DNA of 61,104 nucleotides. Source: Candidatus Woesebacteria bacterium (GTDB lineage Bacteria > Patescibacteriota > Microgenomatia > UBA8517). The stretch spans positions 1-61,104 of the forward strand of contig DAIEQM010000044.1 in the NCBI GenBank assembly GCA_027347685.1. The letters run 5' to 3'. This document shows positions 9,460 to 17,037 of this stretch, in pieces (the first letter of the stretch is position 1; each line of letters opens with the position of its first letter). Position numbers and translations under genes: made by a program. A model generated the notes under the pieces. That model was not told where the DNA came from, searched no databases, and saw only the letters and a program-made list of their open reading frames with translations.

Positions 9460-10398
9460 TTAGATAGCAACACCGCCGTAAAAGATGAAGAGTACAATTC
9501 CCGTCCATAAAAATATGGAAATAATAAGTGCGGGGTCAGTTAAAAGTACTTTTTCGGGAGCCTCTGTTTTTTCTTGGAAAATAAGGGCTTCATAACGCAT
9601 GATTCCAAAGATAACGACTGGAATGGTAACCATTAACAGTTTGTTTACGGTTGTTGCCTTTGAAATTTCAGATAAGAAAAGCCACAATGGTTGCGCGGCG
9701 TGTGGGCTTTCAAAAAAAGCAAACAGTGCCCAGCTCATCCATGCAGAGTTTGCAAACATCGAGACATACGCATTAAGTGTATCTTTTGTGTATTTTGATA
9801 GGCTCTTCCTCGTTTGCCCGCTTCCCCCTGTCGCCCCAAATTCTGCCCTTCTTTTTCCGGATGCCAAAAAGAGCGAGGTTGCAATGACACAGAGTAAAAA
9901 CCACACTGATAAATGTGCGTTGATGATATACGCCCCCGCATAGATACGCAGCACAAATCCACTCGCGATGATAATAATGTCAACGACAGCAATATGCTTT
10001 AAGTACAGCGAGTACGCTACCTGAATCGCGAGATAAAGCAAAATGATAAGTGCAAAGAAGTCGGCAATGGAAAGAGCCAAAACGAGTGACATCACCGCGA
10101 GTGTGCAGCTATACAAAAGTGCAAGAGTTGGCTCAATCCGTCCCGCAGCAATTGGACGATTCTTCTTGGTGGGGTGTTGTTTGTCACGCTCACGATCCAA
10201 GATATCATTGAACACATATGAGGCTGAGGTTGCGAGGTTAAGTGCAAAGAAGGCTTCGAGTACGATAAGAAACACATTCCGTTCAAAAAGGAGCCCTGAA
10301 AAAATAAGAGCAGCGAACACCGCAACATTTTTTACCCAGTGGACTGGACGTGCGAGCCGGATAAGATCTGGTATTATTTTGATCGGGTCTTGAACCAT
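9460..10398 (-). CDS. UbiA-family polyprenyl-phosphate phosphoribosyltransferase (DPPR-synthase-like)
   Basis: NDILDRERDKQHPTKKNRPIAAG fits the NDxxDxxxDxxHPxKxxRPxAxG motif of decaprenyl-phosphate phosphoribosyltransferase-type enzymes. Polytopic. Start trimmed from 10578 to ATG 10398, because the first 60 codons overlap the upstream gene and are not membrane-protein-like. Confidence 0.8.
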   Translation of the reverse strand: MVQDPIKIIPDLIRLARPVHWVKNVAVFAALIFSGLLFERNVFLIVLEAFFALNLATSASYVFNDILDRERDKQHPTKKNRPIAAGRIEPTLALLYSCTLAVMSLVLALSIADFFALIILLYLAIQVAYSLYLKHIAVVDIIIIASGFVLRIYAGAYIINAHLSVWFLLCVIATSLFLASGKRRAEFGATGGSGQTRKSLSKYTKDTLNAYVSMFANSAWMSWALFAFFESPHAAQPLWLFLSEISKATTVNKLLMVTIPVVIFGIMRYEALIFQEKTEAPEKVLLTDPALIISIFLWTGIVLFIFYGGVAI

Positions 10399-11459
10399 AA
10401 GAAAAATCCTCCTAAACCAATTGTTACTCCTAATATAGTATACAGCTTGTCGGCTGCATGGATGTTTAACGCGATTGCGCCGAGAAGCGCAGTTGCACCC
10501 CAATACATAAATGCCGTTTGCTCTTGGGTTAGCCCGAGCTGCATCAGCTTGTGATGTAGATGAGACTTGTCTCCCCACACGGGAGATTTCCCCTCAATAA
10601 TTCTCCGTATGACAATATATGTCGTATCAATAAGTGGAACCCCCATTACCACAAGTAACGTTCCTACTTTTGTCGTGGTCAGAATTGCCAAAATTGCCAG
10701 CACATATCCGGCAACGGTGGAGCCTCCAAATCCCGGCATAATTCGTTGAGGGAAAATATGCCAGGGAAGAAATCCAATATATGCACCCGATAAAATGCTG
10801 GCTAAAATAATTACCGGCCACTCAGCAATATCGGCAGAAAATTGAAGAGATAAAAGAGCCACAATAATCGCGGCAATTCCCACTACTCCCGATAGTTGCC
10901 CCGGTACTCCCTTTGCTCCTAAATTCACAAAATTCATAAGGCTTACAATCCACACAAATGCAAAAAAGTCGGAAATAACCCAAATAGTTCTCATTTCTCC
11001 GAAAAGAAAGAAAGAAATCTGCGGATGTGAGAGATCAATGATTCCTCCGAACGGATTGGTGATATAGGCAATTCCAATTCCTGAAACAATGGGAAGAAGT
11101 GCCGCAATACTCATCACGACAAGCCTGATATAGGGATGCAAATTATATTTGTCATCGAGGACTCCGAGTACAGTAAGGACTATTACCCCAAGTAAGATTG
11201 CTTTCATATGAGAGTCAAGGGGTAAGAACAATAAGGAGCTCAATATAAGAGCGGTTGAAATACCCAGTGCTCCCGCCCGTGGCGTTGGTTTAGTATGAAT
11301 TACCTTTACATGCTTATTTTTTTGGGGATCGTCAATCAAATCGAAACGTTTTGCGAATGCGATGGAAATGGGAGTAAGTAAAAAAGACAATAAGAAAGCA
11401 AAAATAAATGGAATAAAAATGAGAAGGCTTGTTTCCATAGGCGATTTAAAAATTTCCAA
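10374..11459 (-). CDS. GT4 polyprenyl-phosphate sugar-1-phosphate transferase (MraY/WecA superfamily)
   Basis: Polytopic. Has an LDDKYNL loop, an NFVNLG..G segment and DKSHLHHKLMQLG (HHH-type motif). Confidence 0.8.
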   Translation of the reverse strand: MEIFKSPMETSLLIFIPFIFAFLLSFLLTPISIAFAKRFDLIDDPQKNKHVKVIHTKPTPRAGALGISTALILSSLLFLPLDSHMKAILLGVIVLTVLGVLDDKYNLHPYIRLVVMSIAALLPIVSGIGIAYITNPFGGIIDLSHPQISFFLFGEMRTIWVISDFFAFVWIVSLMNFVNLGAKGVPGQLSGVVGIAAIIVALLSLQFSADIAEWPVIILASILSGAYIGFLPWHIFPQRIMPGFGGSTVAGYVLAILAILTTTKVGTLLVVMGVPLIDTTYIVIRRIIEGKSPVWGDKSHLHHKLMQLGLTQEQTAFMYWGATALLGAIALNIHAADKLYTILGVTIGLGGFFLWFKTRSK

Positions 11460-11808
11460 CCAAAAAGAGAATCTTAAAGACAGTCACTGTCGAAAGTACG
11501 GTAAGAACACACAAAGAGAGCACGAGGAGTGTTTCGAGGAAATTATCTTTATAGGCTTTATTGATAAGAATGGTCGTGATGAGTGCGACGAGTACAAAGC
11601 TTGGAGGTATAAAGACACCTTTTGCCGGTCCGAGTTGTTCAACTCCTGTCGGATTTCCATAATACAGCGGAACAAGCGGTGGAATTTTTGACCAGTTGAG
11701 ATAGATGAAAAGAAGCGTAGCCACGTTTATGAAAAAAACGATGCCCAAGGTCTTTTTCCACTGCAAGACTCCGTCTAAAAATATCTTCATTGGCTTGTAT
11801 TGTACCAA
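11446..11808 (-). CDS. Small membrane protein (hypothetical)
   Basis: 120 aa with 3-4 hydrophobic helices. Overlaps both neighbouring genes by a few codons, consistent with operon coupling. Confidence 0.4.
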   Translation of the reverse strand: MVQYKPMKIFLDGVLQWKKTLGIVFFINVATLLFIYLNWSKIPPLVPLYYGNPTGVEQLGPAKGVFIPPSFVLVALITTILINKAYKDNFLETLLVLSLCVLTVLSTVTVFKILFLVGNF

Positions 11809-13256
11809 ATTGATGAGCCGTGAGGCGACTGTGCCTGTGTGTAGTTAGTTTCTACAAACTGTTGTAATGCTAAAAATGGCTGAGCTTCATCGAGAATAAT
11901 AATAAGCTTTGGTTTTGTGGCCTGAATTTCGGCGTAGGTTTCTGCTTCAGAAGAAAAATCATGAATATGATAATCGGCTACATATTTGATTGGAGGAACT
12001 CTCCGAGAGAGTGCATAAATTGAGGCACTGTCCCCCCATACAAAAATACGGTCAGTCGGCTTTGTTGTTTGCGTTACAAATCGTGCAATTTCATAATTTC
12101 TACTTACAACCGGGCTAAATTTATCAAAGTATGCATCTTGTCCTTGTGTTACCAGTGTTCCCAATCGATCAAAATAGAGACTGGTCGAATATTGCCAAAA
12201 GTTAAAATACACTGCAACGAAAAAAACGAGTGAAAGTGGAAAAATAACTAATACTTGTTCCAGTGTTTCATCTGTTACCAGGAGGCCCATGAGAAGCGAC
12301 AGACTGGGAATAATTTGGACAAAATAATGTGGATACGGTCGTTCAGAAAGCGTTGCTGCAAAAAGGCTGGTAATAAGCCATGCGCAGGCTATAAGGAATG
12401 GTTTGCTCCGTTTTTTCCTGAAAACAAAAAGCACCAAAAATCCGACTGCTGCCAAAAATGCTCTTATAAGAAGTGGCCCATTTTTACTGATAAAGGAAAC
12501 TTGTGTGGAACTAGGGCGCCAGCTACTTACATAGCCAAAGTTTTGCAGGAATGCTGCTACTAAGTATTCATGGAAAGCACCTCTTAAGTAATACCAAACA
12601 AAAGTAATAATGATGAGTGCACTTACTCCACCAATAAGTATTGCTGTTTTAATAATAAACTCTCGCAGTGAAGCTTTCCTAAACTGAAGCGCAAAGAGCC
12701 AGACTGCAACAATCGCTCCCACATCAAAGATTGACGGTATTTTAAAAAGAGACGCTATACCTAAAAATATCCCAGCCAAAAATACCGAACGATACCTATT
12801 CCCTTTTAACACCAAGAGCAGTGCAATAAGAGTTGGCAGAATCATGAAAAGCTCAGCGTTTGCAACAAACCCTTCTAACAAAGGAAGACTCGTAAAAAAT
12901 GCAAACAAAAGCGTTGCGGCCTTTACGGTATTTGGGTTTTTAACGAGTGTTTTCGTCAGATGCCAGAACACAACAATGGTTGCAATCATCCACATACATA
13001 AGATTGCTCGAAACCAGAAGACATTGCCTGCTATGGCCGCTAGAAAATACAACAGTGGAGGTTTGTTGTCATGGATTTCCTTGTAGAGAATGAGTCCTCT
13101 TCGAATCCCCTCTCCAAGGCTTAGATAAATCATTTCGTCGCCATAGTAGAACGGCTCAAAAAGAGAGGGAATACGTACGACAAAGACAGCAACAAGAGAA
13201 AGTGTCAGCCAATGAGGAATTTTCAGCCACGTAAGTTTCATACCTAACTTTAACAC
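11787..13256 (-). CDS. GT-C membrane glycosyltransferase (ArnT/PMT-like)
   Basis: Polytopic, 489 aa. First extracytoplasmic loop FYYGDEMIYLSLGEGIRRGLILYKEIHDNKPPLLY is typical of GT39/GT83-type enzymes. Confidence 0.65.
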   Translation of the reverse strand: MLKLGMKLTWLKIPHWLTLSLVAVFVVRIPSLFEPFYYGDEMIYLSLGEGIRRGLILYKEIHDNKPPLLYFLAAIAGNVFWFRAILCMWMIATIVVFWHLTKTLVKNPNTVKAATLLFAFFTSLPLLEGFVANAELFMILPTLIALLLVLKGNRYRSVFLAGIFLGIASLFKIPSIFDVGAIVAVWLFALQFRKASLREFIIKTAILIGGVSALIIITFVWYYLRGAFHEYLVAAFLQNFGYVSSWRPSSTQVSFISKNGPLLIRAFLAAVGFLVLFVFRKKRSKPFLIACAWLITSLFAATLSERPYPHYFVQIIPSLSLLMGLLVTDETLEQVLVIFPLSLVFFVAVYFNFWQYSTSLYFDRLGTLVTQGQDAYFDKFSPVVSRNYEIARFVTQTTKPTDRIFVWGDSASIYALSRRVPPIKYVADYHIHDFSSEAETYAEIQATKPKLIIILDEAQPFLALQQFVETNYTQAQSPHGSSIWYNTSQ

Positions 13257-13282
13257 AAAAGAGACGGGAGTCCGCTAAACTT

Positions 13283-14773
13283 TTAAACTTTTTCAGTAAC
13301 CTTGTACTCGATATATTTTCCAAGCATGAGGCGAGTATGTGCATCGAGTCCAGGAAGCGCACCAAAGAAAAACCCGGTGATAGGCATCAATATAAACTCG
13401 AACGGAATTAAGAGGGCACGCCAGAGTGGAAAAGTAGCCGGACGTGGTGGTTTATAAATATTATCGAAAATAATCATGATGACCAAAAACACCAAAGCGA
13501 TGGTGAGCAGAAATGAAGACACCTGCGGAACTAAATATCCAAGCGTTGTTCTGCCAAATGCAGGATTTAAAAGCGTTGGCAGCGTGAGTCCAATTGTAAT
13601 GATAAACCAGTTTACCGGCCACAAAAAGTGAGACATCAGGACAAAAATAAGCCGTGTGGTTTTATCCCAAAATGGCACTCCTGGTGTTAAAAAATAATTT
13701 TTAATAATCCACGGATCATCACTTGCTCCCCACGCCCATCGCTTGAGCTGTTCATATTGATTTTTGAGAGTTCCCCAAAACGTTTTACTCTCCGCAGCAT
13801 CGGTATAGAGCGGAAGATAGATGGGCTCTACTTCAATCCCCCCTTTCATTTTATAAAATGCTTTGAAAAATATTCCCCAATCTTCTGGGATTTTGTCTGC
13901 ATCCCAATAATCAACTTCATGGAGGAGCTTTAAAGAAAGTGAATAATTCTGGCCATTAATTAAACGATCGCGTCTCGGGAGTTGTGACAAATTCCAAATA
14001 GACATAAAGGTGTTTGGCACCCGAGTAAGTGCTGGCAAATTCCAGATGTTGTTGTAGAAAAATACGGCAGGTTGCCAAAAACGAAGATATCTTTTGGGAT
14101 TATCTAAGAATTTATAGGTGAGAGCTGCATAATGGTTTTTGTGAAACACGTGATCAGCGTCACAGCTTGTCACCGTAATGTATGAGATATCCTCTCCCTC
14201 TTCATCAACGAGCAGTTTTTTTATTTCAATTGCGGCATAGCGCTCGTTTGATGCTTTCCCGACCACTTCCCCATGCGTGAGCGTATGAACGGTTACCAAA
14301 AAATCGCGAAATACCCCATTAAATATTTTTTTAAGCTCGGCAACTTTCTCTTCTCTTTCCTCTTTTGGCTCTTTTGTCTCCATGGCGAGAACTACGGTAA
14401 TTTGTTTTGTTGGGAGCGTTTGCTTGGCGAGTGAATCGATGGTGCGAATTAGTGTTTTAAGGGGCTCCTTATATGTTGGAATAATTACGACATTGTTAAC
14501 GCGTTCCCAATCGGGAAACAGCGGGAGATCTGATACCCAGTCATATTTCATAGAGGCTTGCATTCGAAGATGTGAAATCGTGGCGCTAATGGCAATGGTG
14601 AACGACTGATAAAACCAATAAATGTTAAAGATGAGTACAAAGTAAGCCACCGCCGAAGGCATAACGAAAATTCCCCAGTAAGGAAAAAGAATGATATTCC
14701 ACGAAACAAACCCTGGTAAAATTTCCAGGAGGCGCAAAACAAGCTTCTCGTGTTTGGTAACCCATTTGTTCAT
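13283..14773 (-). CDS. Membrane-integrated family-2 glycosyltransferase
   Basis: VVIIPTYKEP, TSCDADHVF (DxD) and QLKRWAWG motifs flanked by TM helices. Start is ambiguous (14881, 14851 or 14773); 14773 avoids overlap with the upstream gene. Confidence 0.75.
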   Translation of the reverse strand: MNKWVTKHEKLVLRLLEILPGFVSWNIILFPYWGIFVMPSAVAYFVLIFNIYWFYQSFTIAISATISHLRMQASMKYDWVSDLPLFPDWERVNNVVIIPTYKEPLKTLIRTIDSLAKQTLPTKQITVVLAMETKEPKEEREEKVAELKKIFNGVFRDFLVTVHTLTHGEVVGKASNERYAAIEIKKLLVDEEGEDISYITVTSCDADHVFHKNHYAALTYKFLDNPKRYLRFWQPAVFFYNNIWNLPALTRVPNTFMSIWNLSQLPRRDRLINGQNYSLSLKLLHEVDYWDADKIPEDWGIFFKAFYKMKGGIEVEPIYLPLYTDAAESKTFWGTLKNQYEQLKRWAWGASDDPWIIKNYFLTPGVPFWDKTTRLIFVLMSHFLWPVNWFIITIGLTLPTLLNPAFGRTTLGYLVPQVSSFLLTIALVFLVIMIIFDNIYKPPRPATFPLWRALLIPFEFILMPITGFFFGALPGLDAHTRLMLGKYIEYKVTEKV

Positions 14774-14798
14774 AAGGCGTTGTGAAGTATATTTTACC

Positions 14799-15152
14799 TT
14801 ATTTTCCGACAATTGCCCTAATTCTGCTACTAATTTTCTCAGCCCACTCATTTGCTTCAAGAACTCTCCAAGCAAGTTCAATGCCAGGGCGGGTGACGAT
14901 GTCTTGCATCGAGGCTATGGTTGCACTACTTACTTTAATTTGTTCCTTCATCTCCTTATAACTTCGTTTGCGCTTGAGCCAATACAAAATAGCAAGTCTC
15001 TTTGAAAACACTTCAAGCTCCTTTTTACTAAAAAAGTCTTCCAAAAATGTCTCCATTTCTTTTTCGGAGTGGATGTCTGTCAGAAGCTGGGGAAGGAGGT
15101 GTAGAATTTCCTCCCGTAACTCAGGGTCGAGTGGCGAATCTGATGTTCTCAT
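14799..15152 (-). CDS. TrpR/YerC-YecD-like HTH protein
   Basis: LLTDIHSEKEMETFLEDFFSKKELEVFSKRLAILYWLKRKRSYKEMKEQIKVSSATIASM resembles the Trp-repressor-related YerC/YecD family. Confidence 0.7.
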   Translation of the reverse strand: MRTSDSPLDPELREEILHLLPQLLTDIHSEKEMETFLEDFFSKKELEVFSKRLAILYWLKRKRSYKEMKEQIKVSSATIASMQDIVTRPGIELAWRVLEANEWAEKISSRIRAIVGK

Positions 15153-15180
15153 GGGCAGAGCGATTTAAATAATTAAACCA

Positions 15181-15555
15181 CTAGTTTAGGTTTCTTGCAA
15201 AGCTCACAAAGCATACACCAACAGCAATAACCAACACTATATTAAGAAGGCTTGCCATTTGGAGTATTCGTAAAACTACAATCCCAATGATAGTTATTGC
15301 AATAATAAAAGAAATTATCACTGAAAAATGTAACAATCGGAAGAAACTCCAGATCAATACTCCAAGAGAAATAAAAAATAAGCTTACCATGAACATATTT
15401 TCGGGAGAGGTGAAGAAAACAAGGAATGCACACAGTATGAGACTCGCAACACTCAAGATCAAAATGCCCGTTACTGGAGGGAGTTTAATTTGTTTGGTTA
15501 TTTTTGCCCTTTCGTGTTTTCTTCTTGTGGTAGTATGAGTATGTGGAAATTGCAT
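15181..15555 (-). CDS. Small membrane protein (hypothetical)
   Basis: Basic N-terminus followed by 3 hydrophobic helices. SD AAGGAG lies 5 nt upstream of ATG 15555. Confidence 0.4.
   Translation of the reverse strand: MQFPHTHTTTRRKHERAKITKQIKLPPVTGILILSVASLILCAFLVFFTSPENMFMVSLFFISLGVLIWSFFRLLHFSVIISFIIAITIIGIVVLRILQMASLLNIVLVIAVGVCFVSFARNLN
15528..15536 (+). promoter_or_regulatory. Extended -10 TGgTAGTAT, 6 nt upstream of GTG 15543 (leaderless-type)
   Basis: TGgTAGTATgagtatGTG. Lies inside the divergent gene 15181..15555. Confidence 0.4.
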
Positions 15556-16496
15556 TGATTCTCCTTACTATTATTGCAGGATTTGTCATTCTTGGATATC
15601 TCGTTAATAAAAAGAGTGGAACCGCTCCGGAACTTATTGAAATAGTTAAGATGCTTCAAAATGCTTCATCTTCTGATCGTCAAGTACTCCTGGAAAGTTT
15701 GGCCAGAAGCAATGAATCTCTGAATGCTCGACTTGACTCGTCTGCTCGACTTCTTTCGGATGTTCAGCGAAATGTTGGAGAAATGAGTGAAATTGGTCGC
15801 TCCATGCGCGACTTGCAAGTGTTCTTAAGAAGCCCAAAGCTGCGCGGAAATGTGGGTGAGCATGTATTAAAAGAGCTTTTGTCACAGTCACTTCCAAAAG
15901 GAAGTTTTCATCTACAATATGCATTTCACTCCGGGGAAAAAGTTGATGCAGCGATTCAAACCAGTGGTGGCATTATCCCGATTGATTCCAAGTTTCCTCT
16001 GGAGAATTTTCAAAAGATGATGGCGTCAAAAACAGACGAAGAAAAGGCCGAAGCCAATAAACTCTTCGTGAGGGATATAAAAATACACATCGACTCAATT
16101 GCCAAAAAGTATATTGTCCCCGCGGAAGGCACAATTGATTATGCCCTTATGTATGTTCCTTCAGAAGCGGTGTATTACGAAGTGGTAAACAGCGAAACAC
16201 TATTTGAATATGCGAATACCCGCCGCATACTCCCCGTGTCCCCTACAACCTTTTATGCTTATCTAAAAGCAATTCTTATGAGTTTTGAAGGACAAAAAGT
16301 AGAAGCACAAGCCAAAGAAATTCTCTCGGCTCTCCGGGCCATCAAAACGGATTACACAAAGGTAGAAGAAAACCTCACCACCCTTCAAAAGCATCTTACG
16401 AATGCTTCAAATATGATGAATTCAGTTGTGGGAGGGTTTAGCGCTTTGGGGCAAAAAATAAGTAATACGAGGGAACTCAAGGATAAATTGACATAA
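15543..16496 (+). CDS. rmuC: DNA recombination protein RmuC
   Basis: N-terminal TM helix, coiled coil, IPIDSKFPLENFQKM and YALMYVPSEAVYYE motifs. Confidence 0.85.
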   Translation: MEIALILLTIIAGFVILGYLVNKKSGTAPELIEIVKMLQNASSSDRQVLLESLARSNESLNARLDSSARLLSDVQRNVGEMSEIGRSMRDLQVFLRSPKLRGNVGEHVLKELLSQSLPKGSFHLQYAFHSGEKVDAAIQTSGGIIPIDSKFPLENFQKMMASKTDEEKAEANKLFVRDIKIHIDSIAKKYIVPAEGTIDYALMYVPSEAVYYEVVNSETLFEYANTRRILPVSPTTFYAYLKAILMSFEGQKVEAQAKEILSALRAIKTDYTKVEENLTTLQKHLTNASNMMNSVVGGFSALGQKISNTRELKDKLT

Positions 16497-16500
16497 AAAT

Positions 16501-16522
16501 CCCTGCCTTAGAAAAGGCAGGG
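16501..16522. terminator. Bidirectional hairpin between convergent genes
   Basis: CCCTGCCTT-agaa-AAGGCAGGG, preceded by AAAAAT. Confidence 0.55.
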
Positions 16523-16553
16523 CCTCAAACCTACGTAGCAGTGCTTTCAGATG

Positions 16554-16958
16554 TTACTGTGCTTGCTTCCACGGCGGGGTTTGGGTTGTCTCAATATCGG
16601 CGAGACGGAGAGACTTCAGTCTGTAAGTGCGAATACCCTCACCTTCGGGATCACAGCCACTGAGACCCAACACATCAGTATCTGCTTCGCCAATGCTCAG
16701 CGATGTGTACTCAATCGTTGCAAAGGCTTGAAACTCTTTATAGAGCGTAGCGTTTGCAATGACCGCTGGGTCTTTTGTGCAATATCCAGAGGTGATATCT
16801 GTTCTTACCCAAATGATGGTAGTGCCGCTCTTGCGCTGCTCAACGTTGGTAATAACGTCTGTGACGCTGCCGCCTGTTACGGCTTGCGCTCCTTGGCATC
16901 CTGCCAGAGCAAAAAGTGCTAACACGAGTAACACACCAATGCGGTAAGTGATCTTCAT
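16554..16958 (-). CDS. Putative lipoprotein (hypothetical)
   Basis: Signal peptide with lipobox MKITYRIGVLLVLALFALAGC. SD AAGGAGG lies 8 nt upstream. Confidence 0.55.
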   Translation of the reverse strand: MKITYRIGVLLVLALFALAGCQGAQAVTGGSVTDVITNVEQRKSGTTIIWVRTDITSGYCTKDPAVIANATLYKEFQAFATIEYTSLSIGEADTDVLGLSGCDPEGEGIRTYRLKSLRLADIETTQTPPWKQAQ

Positions 16959-17020
16959 TCTGCACGCCTCCTTACACCGAACGAAGATGCAATGTTACCC
17001 CATAACATGTTTTTTGTCAA

Positions 17021-17029
17021 TGATATAAT
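17021..17029 (+). promoter_or_regulatory. Extended -10 TGaTATAAT, 8 nt upstream of ATG 17038 (leaderless-type)
   Basis: TGaTATAATgctttcacATG. Confidence 0.45.
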
Positions 17030-17037
17030 GCTTTCAC

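Noticed and set aside
9460-10578. The long N-terminal extensions suggested by the ORF track. Examples: 372-aa UbiA protein, 118-aa S20, 256-aa HrcA, 300-aa DnaJ, 366-aa Lon-like, 329-aa FemAB and 726-aa FtsK.
   Set aside because: The extensions overlap upstream genes or cover promoter/CIRCE elements and are not family-like. Internal ATGs preceded by a -10 box reproduce canonical N-termini.
16551-16922. 123-aa plus-strand ORF overlapping the lipoprotein gene.
   Set aside because: The minus-strand frame has an SD, a signal peptide and a lipobox. The plus frame has none of these.
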